From NCBI RefSeq assembly GCF_036321535.1, contig NC_087437.1:36210001-36274000 (forward strand): a stretch of DNA of 64,000 nt, read 5' to 3'. The notes below the pieces were generated by a model. That model was not told the DNA's origin. It saw nothing but the letters and a program-made list of their open reading frames with translations, and made no database searches. Shown here piece by piece: positions 27,171 through 40,005 of this stretch. Each line of letters opens with the position of its first letter. Within the stretch, counting starts at the first letter, position 1. The position numbers and the translations under genes are program-made. Source of the stretch: Camelus dromedarius (taxonomy: Eukaryota).

Positions 27171-27449
27171 CCCAGGCCTACAATAAAGTTTAGAACAATC
27201 TTGAGTTTGAAATGTCATAAGTATATGTGGTAGAAGCAAAGTCAAATCCTCTTTTGAGGAAATTAATCCAAAACAAAGCTTCAAAAATGTCACAGAAAAA
27301 CTTCAAAGGAAAACACATTAAAAAAAAAAAAATCCCAAATGCTGAAGAGAACAAGAAAGTACAGAGCCTTAAGAGTAGTCTCCAAAAATCAGGAGCGGTT
27401 ATTGGATTTATCAAATACACAGTATATTCAGTTGAGCCATGATGTTACA

Positions 27450-29230
27450 AATTTCATATCCTTCAACATAATTTAGTGAGTATATTTACATTAAAATATT
27501 AAAAAGGATGTTGAAAGCAGGATAAAGAAAAATTTGTCCATAAAAATTAACAGAGAGATCTGAATAAAAAGCAAATCAAATTTCTAGAAAGGAAAATGAT
27601 TAAATATGGCAAGTAAGCTAATGATTTAAAACAGCAGACTAAATCCAGCTGAAGATCAAATTATTGAACAAGAATTAAGAGTTAAGTTATTACGTGAACG
27701 CAGCAAAGTAAAACAAAGAAATAGAGCACAGGAAATGGAAATTAAGGGTCATAGAGGATGGAAAAGGGGAAATAAATCTACCATAATTCTAAATAGATCT
27801 CTATTAGGAAACAAAAAAAGAATATAAAGGGGAGAGTACTTGGAAAGATTATACTTAACAAATCTTCCCAATTGATGAATGACAACAGTTTTATACTCTG
27901 AAATCCTAATGTATTTTGAGGAAAATAAATATAATGAAATTCACTTTGGGGATTTACTGAAATTTTAGAACACAGAAGAATTAAAGTAAGAGTTTAAAAG
28001 TTGTAAATAGAAGAGAATGACAGTTTGACAGCTCTCATCTTGAAAGAGATAATGGAAACCATAGACAATGGAAATACACTTTTTAAATGCTTAAATTCAC
28101 TGAAGAATTCTATATCCCATGGAACTATTTTTCAGGAGCATGTTTCAGACAAACAAAAACTGAGTACTCACTATTAAAAGCACAACCAGGAGACTTGATA
28201 AAGTTAATTTGAAAGATATTTTTCAGGAAGATGGTGAATGATCTACAAAAGAAGGCTGGAGTTGCAGGAAAGAATGGTGTGCAAAAGAATAGAAGATATA
28301 AGAAAAGCTAAATAAGCATTGCATTTATAAAACAGTAATAATAATGTACATTTTGTAGGTTTGAAAAACAGAATTAAAGGGCAAGAAGTTTCTGCTGAGA
28401 GAGGAGATGCCAGACACAATAACAATTTACCTGTGTTCACTGGGATGTGATTTAAGGTATTCATTAACTTTGGGATTTATTGTTATCAATATGCATGTTT
28501 AAATCTACAGCATAACCACTGAAAAAACAAATATAGTGTGTAATTTTCTAAGTAGTAAAGAGGAAAATGGAATAAAAATTCAATTTAGAAACTGACTAAA
28601 AGGAAAAAGCAAAAAAAGGAAAAAGCACAGAGCACAATACAATATAAATAAATATAAAAATATCAGTAAATGTGAATGATTAAACTCTTCAGTTAATTAA
28701 AAATTATCAGTTATATACAGGTTACAAGACAAAAGCAGAAAACATAAGGACCCAGCAAATATTTGAAGTCTAGTGATGGGAAAAATTGTGTCATCTTTAA
28801 CCAAATTTCAGTTATTCTAAAATGATGATATTGGAAAAAAATGCTTTAATGGAAAGCATTACAAGAAAAAAAAAATAAACCACTCCATAATGGCAGAAGT
28901 TTCATTAATTAAGGTGATACAACAATTCAAAATTTATGTCCCCTAATAATCTAGCTTCAATTACATAATAAAAAGATTAACAGAACTGCAAAGAGGAATT
29001 CATACATCTCCTATCAATATTGTTAGGATTTAAGACAGTTTTCTCAGTAAATGACAAAATGAAGAGATAAAAACTCAATTAAATAGAGATTTAAACAAAT
29101 CAATTATTATGAATAACCTAACATACATCTATAAAAAACTTATCTTAGATCTGGAGCATGTTTTCTAAAGCACAAAGTACACATTTTCAAAAAATTACTA
29201 CTAAATAAGCAAAGAGAACATCTCCAGAAA
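27450..29230 (+). mobile_element. Old L1 ORF1 to endonuclease remnant
   Basis: aacagcagactaaatccagctgaaga, aaatgtgaatgattaaactcttcagttaa, aaatttatgtcccctaataa. Confidence 0.7.
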
Positions 29231-29899
29231 ATATTGACTATTCCTTAATTAACTTATCGAGACTACTTTTTTTTATATCTGCAAATGTATATACTGATCA
29301 CTATTTGAATGTTATAACTACAAACCTAAAAATATTTTGTGTGGTTCATGATTATATCACTTTAAAATTGTACCATGAGAAATTCTTTATATTAAAGTAG
29401 ATTCAAAATATAAATTATTTCATGCATATATTTTATGATATAACAATGATAATCTGAAACATAGCTGTCCATTTTCACTTTGTATCAATGCATTAAAGCT
29501 TGAAAAAATACGATATGTATATAATATTTACACATGCAGAAAGCAAACAAAAATTAGGGTTTTTTTTAATCTTTGATATATTTAGGGTGCACAGCTTAAA
29601 GTACAAATTGAGGGCTTGACTAAAGAAAACTTTGCAAATAAAAATTGTTTTAACCACATTAATATATGTAAATATCTTTTCTCCTTTACAACATACTTTC
29701 TGAACTCTAAATCACAGAATCCAGTATAACTTGAGTTTTCTTCCAGGTTCTCTTTTATTAAACTTTTGAAATCATTTTTATTCACTGAGAATAATATATT
29801 AATATGATGGACACTTATTTATAAACTTCAGTAGATTTTAACATTATGCTATATTCATCTCAGATTTTTAAGAAATGAAATTAAATATTAAATAAAGCA

Positions 29900-32080
29900 G
29901 ATACAAATGAGACTTCAATTCTTTTCCTCTTCCCATTTTTCTCTGCTAGGAGAGAATCAATCCAGCATTTGCATTTTTTGTTACTATAAACAACGACTGA
30001 TATGAACTTCTTGCACAAATATCCTAATGCCCATTTGTGAGAGTGTCTCAAGGTTATACACAAAGAAGTGGAATTACTGAGCCAGAGGGTTTGAATTTGA
30101 ACATTTTCAACTTTACTAGATAGAGTAAATGCTGCCCTCCAAAGAGTTGTACCCATGTCCTCTCACCCAGGAGTGCGTGAGACTTTTTTAGACAAAAAAA
30201 TCTTCACCAAAAACTTGCCATTTTCAGGGTTTAAACTTCCAGGTTCAATACAATGTTGGCTAAATGTCATTTCATCATGGTTTTAATTTACTTATTTGAC
30301 TTCTTATAGTTTCAGGTTATTTTCAAAGTTCATGGCAGATCAAAGATGGGCACAAACTTTTTAAAGCTCTTCCCACTGAGAGTTGAGGTATATGTCCTCA
30401 TCCCTTGAAAACAGGTGGGCTCGTGAATGCTACGTCCAAAAAAACATGACAGAAGTGACACTGTTCCAATTCTGAGGCCCAAGCTGGCATTTTAATCTTC
30501 ATGTCTTTTTGAATGCTCATTCTGGGGGCAGTCAACTATCATGTAAGAAGTCCAGCATGATGTTACAAAACCTCAAGTAGCCTCTCACTATTTTGGAGAG
30601 ACGCCTGACCGACCTCAGCTTTTCTAGCCATCCAGAATGAGTGCTACAAGGTGAAAACAGTGACTCCAGCTCCATTCATATTCTGACTGTGCATGCTTTA
30701 AAGATTCTAAGGGAAAACCTTCCAAAAGAGCCTACTCAATCTTGGATGGTTTGTCACATAGCAACAAGTGACTAGACTACTGCTTTATTGATGATAAACA
30801 TCCTCTACTGTGAAGCACCTGTTCATACCCATTTTGAAAATATTTTCCTTTACCGTTAATTAAGATTTGTAAATTAACATTCTGTGCCAAAGGTTTATGT
30901 ATACCGCACACATCTTTACCTACTCTCTGCTTGTCTTCTGATTTCATGCTGTCCTGTGTTGTAAATTTAGATATCATGAACACAACGTCTTCCTTTACAT
31001 TCAAATTTGCTTTTAAAATTTTCCCATAAAATAGTAGTATTTTACCCAACATTAATAAAATACTCATTATTTTTCTAAAAGTTGTATAGGTTGCTTGTAA
31101 CACTTAAATTGATTGTTATATATAATGAGATATGGATATAGATTTTCTTTTCCACTGGTCTACATTCTCAGCTCTGCCATATATTGAGTTTCTGTATTTG
31201 CACTGAGATGCTTCTGGGCTTTTTACCTTTCATTAGTCTATTTGTCTGTTGGTATACCAATCACATAGTCTTAATACAGCTTTGTAAAAATATGAGTTAT
31301 ATGTAAGATTTACTCTCATCCTGTTCTTCACACATTCTTGTTTGTTCATAGCGTGTATTTTCTACATAAATTTTAGAAATAGTTTAGTTTCATGTAAAAC
31401 CCTTTGAGATTTGAATGAAAGTTCACTACATTTACAGATTAATATATGATATCACTACAGAGTTCCAATAATAGGTTATCTATGATTTTATTCAATAATT
31501 ATGTTTTTTCAATTTACTTTTTACATATTTTATTAGCTTCATTCTCAGGTGCCATATAGTTCTGATTACTACTGTCAACTGAGTCTTTTTATTATGTTAT
31601 ACATCCTCATTTGAAAACAGTGTATTGGAAACTAGTGACTTATTTATGTACATTTTTTTCCATTGTGCTTTTGGTATTGCTTACTGTAACTGGTAGGTTC
31701 TACCTACCAGTGCAATGTTGCAAAATTGTGGTGCTAGTGGATGTCCTGACCTTGTTCCTGATAAAATGGATAGATTCTAGGCAACTTCCAGTACATATGA
31801 TTTTTTTTTCTGATTTTGTAATAGATGTTTTACATTAGATTATGTAAGATGGCTTATGTGCCTATTTTCCTACAATGTTAGAATAATGAAAGACTGATGA
31901 ATTTTGCTTATGCCTTTCCTACATTTATTAATGTTCTTAAGCTTTTCCCTTTAACCCATTAAAATAGTATATTGCATTAATTTTCCATAATAAAACATCC
32001 CTGCATTCCTAGGATAAGCATCCTTAGTTATCGTTTATCATATTTTATCTACCCTAACATGCCATTGATCGAGATGCTTT
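29900..32080 (-). mobile_element. Old L1 (L1ME-like) ORF2/3' remnant interrupted by an MLT LTR
   Basis: Degenerate L1 motifs on minus (aagtggaattactgagccagaggg; catccctgcattcctaggataa) on both sides of 30335-30775. Confidence 0.7.
30335..30775 (+). mobile_element. MaLR LTR (MLT1G/H-like)
   Basis: ctcttcccactgagag...tcccttgaa...gaagtgacactg...ccaattctgaggccc...tcatgtaagaagtcc. Confidence 0.7.
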
Positions 32081-32679
32081 ATTTAATGAACATCCAAGGA
32101 ATAACAAAAATAAATAGTTTCACATAAATTATGACCCCATAATTTCATATCATTCAGAATTATTTCATACTTATTGAAAGATGTTAGGTTTAAAGAAATA
32201 CAGTTTTTATTACTTGTCACATAAAATATAATATGTATTTTATATATATATGTGTATATATATAAAAACAAATTCCTTAATGATTTTTTACATTCAGAGT
32301 TTGAATGTAATGTAGTAAGAAACTATAACAAAGATCTATCTATGGGGATTTCTATTTCTTAGGCCCCATAAAGCACTTAGTTGTTGCTTTGAAGGGAATA
32401 TGGAATTGTGGTCATTCCTTCAATAACAAATATTTACTTCACATATATTTATTTTCCATTAGTTTTTCTAATTTTCTAATACACAAAATCACTTCAGTTT
32501 AAATGCTAATTAATTCTGGTTTTTTTGTTGTTGTCGAACCTACTTCAAATGGAAAATAACCTTGATAGACAAAATACCAATATTAAAAAACAGACCAAAA
32601 CCTAAAGTGACAGTAATAAGAAGAGCTGTGAACAAGGTCAGTTAATGGAAACTATTTAAATTTAGCGACAGTTGATATA

Positions 32680-33100
32680 GGCCTCCATCTAATATTTGCA
32701 AAGACTGGGCAGGATTACAAAAGGAGGGCCATTTAACATATGTCTCTACATTTTAAAATTAAAAATTATACTAGTAAGCTGTTAAATGTAATGTTTTCTA
32801 CATCAAATTTAACAATTATGCTTTCGAAAAGAAAAAATAAAAAATCCATACAAAGTTATTTTTATATGATTAAAATTTGGCAAAATACCAAAGGATGTTG
32901 AATTTATTCCTGTGTATGATATGGTATATACTAAGTGGGTCAGCAATATTTAGATGTCTGACAAAAAAAGAAATACATAATTAACAGTTTATTTTATTCC
33001 ATAAAGCTCATTTTTATAGCCTTAATGTCAAGAAAATTTATTATTTTGCTACAACCAAATATGAGACATAATGTTAAGGACACAAGGTTGCAGCTTGCAG
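32680..33100. mobile_element. Probable hAT-Tip100-type DNA transposon relic (MER45-like)
   Basis: Resemblance from memory only (gggcaggattacaaaaggagggcc; ttggcaaaataccaaag). Confidence 0.35.
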
Positions 33101-33249
33101 ATGTTTTTAAAATGGCTGGTGTCTAGTTTGCTGAAAGTTTACACTTTCAGCGGTGCAGGGACATGTCTGAGACCAGGTTCTCAGTGGTCACCCAACTCCA
33201 TTTTTGTATGCCTGAACTATGATTACTCCATTATAATTTCAATTTGTCA

Positions 33250-33530
33250 TCACTAGGTTCCTGTCTCCCAGCTCCATCTTCAAAGCCAACAAAGAACTGC
33301 ATCTCTCTGACCCATTTTCCATGGATACTTAATCTCCTTTGGTCACAGCTAGAAAAGATCCTTTGCTTTATTCAAGGTCTATGTGATTAGGTTAGGCCCA
33401 CCTGGATAATCCAAGGTCCTTAACATTAATTATTTCTGCAAAATTTCTTTTGTTATATAAATTAATATATCAATAAATTCTGGACATTAGACCTTGCAAA
33501 TCTTGGATAGGCCATTATTTTGTCTACATT
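33250..33530 (-). mobile_element. MaLR LTR fragment (MLT1-like)
   Basis: tcttcaaagccaac, gtgattaggttaggcccacctggataatccaagg, ggccattattttgtctac. Confidence 0.7.
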
Positions 33531-33989
33531 TAAGTACTTTCTCTGCACAAATCTTCACCATACCCTAAAGTAGTATTTGTTTCCAACATATATAGCAGCA
33601 GAATCCAGGCATATTCATGCCATTCAGATATAAACAACTTTTGCTTCAAGGAAAAAAGATGTAGAAAAGTTTTTACTTGGGGCTTGAATGATGTTAGTCC
33701 AAGAACAAATATTATGTTTATTAGTCTGCATTATGCTAATGCTGAACGTCAGAACACAAGTGACAGAAGTCTCCAAATTTTCTTAAAGCATTTATATTTT
33801 TGCATTTGTGATATATAGGAATGGAGATAAGAGCCCCTAAAAACCTCTCTTATTTGGGTCTAACTGTAGTATTAAATATAAGTACAGGGTAACTATAACC
33901 AGGATGCCTTTCATAAAATAGTGAGAAACCAAAAAAATTATCCCCAGTTTCTTTTCCACATGTCAGTCATTCCAATGGTTTACTGCTAT

Positions 33990-34915
33990 TCCCAGATCTC
34001 CTTTCTAGGCTCATGTTAAGATTGTACTTCCCTGACTCCATGATGTTAGTGTTAGTTCAGAAACTGTGACATTTTTGGGGTTTTACTGTATTTTCAAGAT
34101 AGCAACTTACCTGCCAGAGTTTTATATTTATACCCTGACAGAAAATCTGAGGTGTCTGGATCAGAGACAAAGAATTTACTACTCATGAGAAAAGCAGCAA
34201 CAGCCAAAGTAACATCATAGCATCTGTTCCCAAGCCTCAATCCACAGAGGGTGACATGGTGAGGGTTAGATGGTATTTGCACACGCATTGGAAGGTAATA
34301 AAGGAGAGGAATTCTGAGTTGATGAGATTTTGATCTTATATCAGGATGCTGATAACATACCCATCTTTCCTTCCAGAAAGAAAGAGATTTTATCTTCACT
34401 CTGGAGGGTAAACTAATCTTTCCCCAGAAATGGTAAGAAAATGTGTTGATCTGTACTATCCTGGAACACCTCCAGGGAGGAAGACATCTCTAAACTTTAT
34501 TATATCCTGGAATGTATTCTTATACTAACAAACTTCACCTAAGTATAAATGTCTTAGCTCATATTATGCAGAAATGTGAGATATGTATGGGTAATTGTCT
34601 CTCAACAGACATGACCAAATGGCCTGATTTTATTAATAAATTATGAACGGAAGTAATATGTCTTCCAGATGGAGTCTTCAAGGAAATGATTCACTATGTT
34701 GCTTCATCCTTCCTCGGTGACCAGAAAAAATCTAAATGACAGATGCCACCTACAGGAGTTAGCTTTCCAGAATTAACCATGACAGGAAACAAACTATCTA
34801 TGGTAACCCAAGATACGCATATAAGCAAAAAATAAACTATTATTTGAGTTACTAAGATTTAAGGATTGTTTTTTGTTACTGCAGCATAATTTAACTTATT
34901 CTAACTGATACACCA
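33990..34915 (+). mobile_element. Old MaLR LTR (MLT1I/J-like) containing a second LTR
   Basis: gattgtacttccctgactcc upstream; 3' end aaataaac...gattgttttttgttactgcagcataa...ctaactgataca. Confidence 0.6.
34065..34607 (-). mobile_element. ERV-type solo LTR (MER68/MER77-like, tentative)
   Basis: TG...CA-bounded block with gatcagagacaaagaatttactactca, interrupting the MLT. Confidence 0.45.
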
Positions 34916-37744
34916 TGAAAATTTGGTGTCATATTCTCTGGTTCTGGCTCCATTTACTTTTTTCACCTTCTGATACACATCTTTGTTTTATTTAAAAGAT
35001 GAGAAACAAAAATACCATTCTCCAAAGTACTTGGTAGTTCTCTGCATTCTTTTCCTTTGCTCATTCTTTACCTCAACTATCGATAATCTCCACTAGATAC
35101 AATCCCAGTCATCTTTTAAGACAAGGATTAAGTGTCACCTTTAAAACAAAGTCTTCTCTAATTCCTCTTGAAGAAAAATTATAATTTCCAAGCACATCAC
35201 TATTTGATAATTATGTGTTGTGTTTTTTTCAAATTCTCTTGGTTTCATGGCAATATATACATATCTCTCATACAAAGAATAGGCTACTGGAGATCAGGGG
35301 CCATATCAAAGGAGTCAGCACCAGGCATTGCACAAATAGGAAATAAATGCTTACTCAGTTGTATAATTTTCAGTTTTAACATATTTATAATTTAACATAT
35401 TTATAAGCTTCTAAGAGGTATGCAAAGCATTTTCTTACAAGTGAGATAAGATTCTTTGTTTTATATGTAGAGTCCAAATGTTAAACACATTTACATTGTC
35501 ACAAATTGTAGAAACACACATCACAGAAAGGATATATCTATTTTTATCATTAACCCCAAATTATTTATATGCCTGCATGTCTGCAAGATAATAATCAAAC
35601 TCAAAAGCCTCAAGGCTAAGCATGTAAGCAGTTGGGGAAGATTGCAACATAATGGCAGCAGGAAAGCATTGCTTCCTCTACAAGAGGCAGCCACTACAAA
35701 GTCTGAACAATTACACAATGACACTATGGAGGGCTAGTAATACCAGCTCTTTCAAATTATCAATCAATGCTGAACATAAAAAAATTATGCAAAATGTGTA
35801 AGTATTTTTAAAAATAATGACAAACAATGAACATTGCCTAATTTTAACTTTATGTATCTTAAGGCTTCAAGTATGTATATTTTTATTAAATCATCTAGTA
35901 TCTGTTTCATTAATATAACTTAATAAGCATAGCCACATAACAAATTATCCAAAAAATAATTTATTGATTTTACAATTAGAATTATCACTATGAAAGTTAT
36001 CTTTTGCAAATTATGTTGTTCTGATGCTTTTGTCTTAAATCAATGCATTCAAAATCAGAGAAACTTGATTTTAAATTATGTGATTTTCAATAATAAATAA
36101 ATGGAAAGACACTCTCAATCTTATCCATATTATTGTTTTCATTTTATTCTCTGACAACTCTAGTTGCTTAAAAGATTATAAATTCCCTATTTAAAATTCC
36201 TAACAATTATATCCTATTTGCATTTTTCTCTTTTAAGAACTCTGCAAATAGAATTATTGTTTCCATGAATTCCCAGTTTCCCCTATCCAATCTAGTTTCT
36301 ATTTCTCAAAAGGATAGCTTCAATTTCTTTGACTTTTTTCAGAGTCTTAATTTGTTCTGAATTGAAAAGATGGACAGACAGCTATCTTTTGAGGAATATG
36401 ATGTTGGTTGGTTCCCAGTATGAAAAATGAAATGCTATGAATTTAACATTAGTCTACCTGGCAGAAGAGAGAGGATTTCTACCTGTCTTTTTCTTTAAAG
36501 TTAATTGTCTGAACTCATTCTCAATTCAAGTTCTAAAGTTTCTGAGAAAATCCCATTTAAGCTCAGTTACCAAACTAACATAACAACAAATTATTTTATA
36601 CAGATGTTGTTTGCAATTCAAATTGTTCCTCCAGGAAAATATTTTTAATTGTCCTAATGAAAACTCCAAGGTTTAAATATGCAGAAATTTTGACTCAATG
36701 TTCTTACTACTCTTCAGCTTAAAACTTGTATTTCAATGCTGTTTCACATTGTTTTTTCTAAAAGGTGCATCCACATAATGTCCACAACTTTCCTTCTAGA
36801 AAAGGAAACAGTATTAGGAATCTCTTTCCCCCTGTACGTGCTGGGTCTTGCTCCAGCACAGGGCCTAGTATGCTGGGACTTTAATGCTCATGAATACATT
36901 TGTTTGAGTACGTTTATTGAATGTTAAGATATCAAAACAAACAGAACAAAATCTTTATTAGTAAAGCTCAATGTTAAATTCAACCTAAAACTGTTTCATA
37001 TAAGTTTCTTGATATTGACCACCATATGTTTGTTTTCTTAACGGTTTTTTGTCTGCCAGTAACGTAGAGAAATTGACCTGACTGCAATTAGGCAATACCA
37101 TATGGCATAACAATTAGGATCAGAGGATCCACAGTAAAATAACTTGTCTTCTGATCCTTATTGTTCAGTCACAGATTTAACTACTCAATGAGATCATGCA
37201 CAAAACTGTTTATTCCAGTGCTTGACACATGGAAAGCTTATAATACTAAAATAATACATATTTTAGTATTTCATGTTTATGGGCCCCTCCCAACACCCTA
37301 GGAGAGGGTTTAGAAACATTTTCACATTTTCTTACATGTTGTGTAATTTTTATAAAGTCAAAATAGTTTGACTCTGGTGATTCCTATCTCATTCTATTAG
37401 TATTTCCTCTGCATTTTTTTTTTTTTTTTTTGCCAAGTACAATGAAACGAGGACATTTTCAATATCAGGCTAAGGGGAAATTAAGTTAGAAATATATTTA
37501 GGGTTAGGAGATATAAGCATAGGTTTTGTATCACTTCTGTGTATTGTGACTATGTTAGTCTTACGGTACTGATTTTTTATCTAAAATTTATATAAATCAA
37601 AAGTCTGAACATGGCTATGCTGGGTTCTATCTATCACTAGGGTTTTACAAAGTATAAATAAAGGTGTTGGCTTGACTTTATTCCTTTCCATAACTCAGGG
37701 TCCTCTTTTAAGCACACGAGATTTCTGGTAAGATTTAGCTCTTT

Positions 37745-38142
37745 GCATTTATAAGACAGAGGTCTCCATTGTCTTTCTGCCTGTCAGCCAGTGGTTCTCT
37801 GTTTTGAGAGGCCATCCATAGTTCCTTGCCCATGTAGCTCCCTCTATAGGCCTTCTTAGATCTTCATGCTCTGACTCTCTTACTTCAGGAAGAGCCCAGT
37901 CCCCTTTAGGGCTTACTTAATCAGGTCAGGCCAACCCAGGATGATCACCCTTTTGATGAAGTCAAAGTCCACTGATTTAGGACCTTACTTACACCCATGG
38001 AGTCCCTTCTCTTTTATCATACAACTAAACTTAATTAGCAGAGTGCTGTCCATCATATTCACAGTTCCATCCAGACTCAAGCAGAAAGGTACTATACAGG
38101 GTGTGTACATCAAGGTGCTGAAACCTCAGAATTCTGCCTACC
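37745..38142 (-). mobile_element. MaLR LTR (MLT1E/F-like)
   Basis: ttccttgcccatgtagctccctc, tcaggtcaggccaacccaggatgatcacccttttgat, gaattctgcctacca. Confidence 0.8.
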
Positions 38143-38199
38143 AGAGTGAATTACTGCTACCCACACCAGATTAGAGATGGTTTTTGGATGCTTACCAAG

Positions 38200-38520
38200 T
38201 GCTTTGCTGACTCACTAGGCAATATGATACTAAAGAGCAGAGTCAGCCATCACATAATGATATGAATGTGGCCTTCAGCACCTGGTGCTAAAGATATGAG
38301 GATAAATAAATATAAGACAACCTGAAATTCCCTGAAGTCTGACAGCCTGCATGAAAATTAGTAGAATTTTCCTCAACTTTGACAATAATCTTAAAAATGT
38401 ACACTGTATTAATGAGGTGTAAGGTTAAAAGAAACTTCTTAAAAATCCCAATTATAAAAACCAGATTCTAGTCAACCATGCTAGAAAACAGACTAAATTA
38501 TCCTTCTCTGTGGAAAAAAA
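38200..38520 (+). mobile_element. hAT transposase C-terminal relic (Zaphod/Tip100-like)
   Basis: 38427-38510 translates KRNFLKIPIIKTRF*STMLENRLNYPSL, matching the hAT dimerisation motif ERxFS..I.IK...RSTM...RLN.L. Confidence 0.65.
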
Positions 38521-38664
38521 ATCTTATTTAAAAAGACAAAAGATACACACCTAGCACATTTATTTAAACTATATTTAAGTATATTTAAAAATATACTTTA
38601 TTTATTTATATAAGTATATTTTTAAAAGAAAGTATATTTAGTTAAGTATATTTTTAAATGAAAG

Positions 38665-38855
38665 TTTTCTCTGTATAACACAGGGAACTATGTTCAATAT
38701 TTTTATTAATCTTGTAATAACCTTTAATGAAAAATAATATGAAAATGAATATGTGTATGTTTATGCATGACTGGGACATTCGTCGGTATATCAGAAATTG
38801 ACACATTGTAACTGACTGTACATCAATTAAAAATTTTTTAATTAAAAAAATAAAT
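38665..38855 (+). mobile_element. Short L1 3' UTR insertion
   Basis: ctgtataacacagggaactatgttcaata...gcatgactgggacatt...cagaaattgacacattgtaactgactg, then an A-rich tail. Confidence 0.85.
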
Positions 38856-39323
38856 ATTGATATATTTTTATTTTGTAAACAATTTATATTCAAATACATA
38901 CTTACTAGCATGATTATGATTTTTTTGTTTATATTATCATGCACTGATTTTATCTCTTGGTAATACAGCATAGATGTTTTCCCCTGTCATTCACTGTTTC
39001 CGCAATGACAATTTAGCCTTCATTTTGACATCATCATAGCTGATTTAACCTGCTCCAGGGTTCTTTTTAATAATTTAAGTACACTATAATATTTTACAAA
39101 CATTACATAGTAATATCTGGATTATTTCTTTGAGTTATTTCTTCTTTCTTTTGCAATCTTACACTTGCCTTTTCTAATAAAATAATTGATGTTCTCAAGC
39201 TTTTATCATGCTAATTGCCCATAGATTAAATTTTTAGTTAATACTTGCTAATTTCTAGAATAATTATTTACATGTTTTGTTTTACATTCTTATTTTTTCT
39301 TTAATGTCCACTGATGTCTATTT

Positions 39324-39475
39324 AAGGCTGCCAAATATGTCAAATAAAAATAAAGAACATCGAGTTCAATTTTAATTTCAGACAAATAATGACAATCAAT
39401 ATTTAGGATATATTTATAGAAAAAAATCTGAAGTTCAAGTTGAACTGGGTATCCAGCATTTTATCTGGTCATCCT
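39324..39475. mobile_element. MER53 palindromic hAT MITE
   Basis: Inverted arms: aaggctgccaaat...ataaaaataaagaacatcgagttcaattttaatttcaga versus tctgaagttcaagttgaactgggtatccagcattttatctggtcatcct. Confidence 0.75.
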
Positions 39476-39819
39476 ATTCCATCATTTTTGATTAAATTTT
39501 TAATTAATATGTTTCCAGCAGTCATTGTCTGAATTATATAATTCTGCACTTGCCTCACACAAAGTTTTGAGTGTTAGCACTATTTTTTTATTTTAAAATA
39601 ATATTCTGTTTATCTTTTTGACTGCATTTTTTACTCAGTTACATAGAGTTTTGAATTTGGATGTTCTGAAATACTTAGAGCTCTATCAAATTTTATTTTT
39701 ATTAATTTTGTTGTTGGCTTTAATATTATGCACAATTTAGGAGAGTTGTGGAAATTTAGTGAATGTTTCTTTGTACTTAATATCATAATTGACAATAGAG
39801 ATGACATACATCACTGTTT

Positions 39820-40005
39820 TAAGTAACTTAGGAAGAATATCTTACTTTAGTCTTATAACAACGCTGTCCAGAAAATATTATTTCCATTTTATATACAAGG
39901 AGTCTATGATTCAGAGAGTTTAAACAGCCTGCTCAAGGTGTCACATTTCACAAGTAAAGTTGTTGGATTGAAAAACAGGACTTTTTAAACGCAAATGCTA
40001 AGCTC
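39820..40005 (+). mobile_element. MIR
   Basis: tattatttccattttatatacaaggagtctatgattcagagagtttaaacagcctgctcaagg. Confidence 0.7.
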
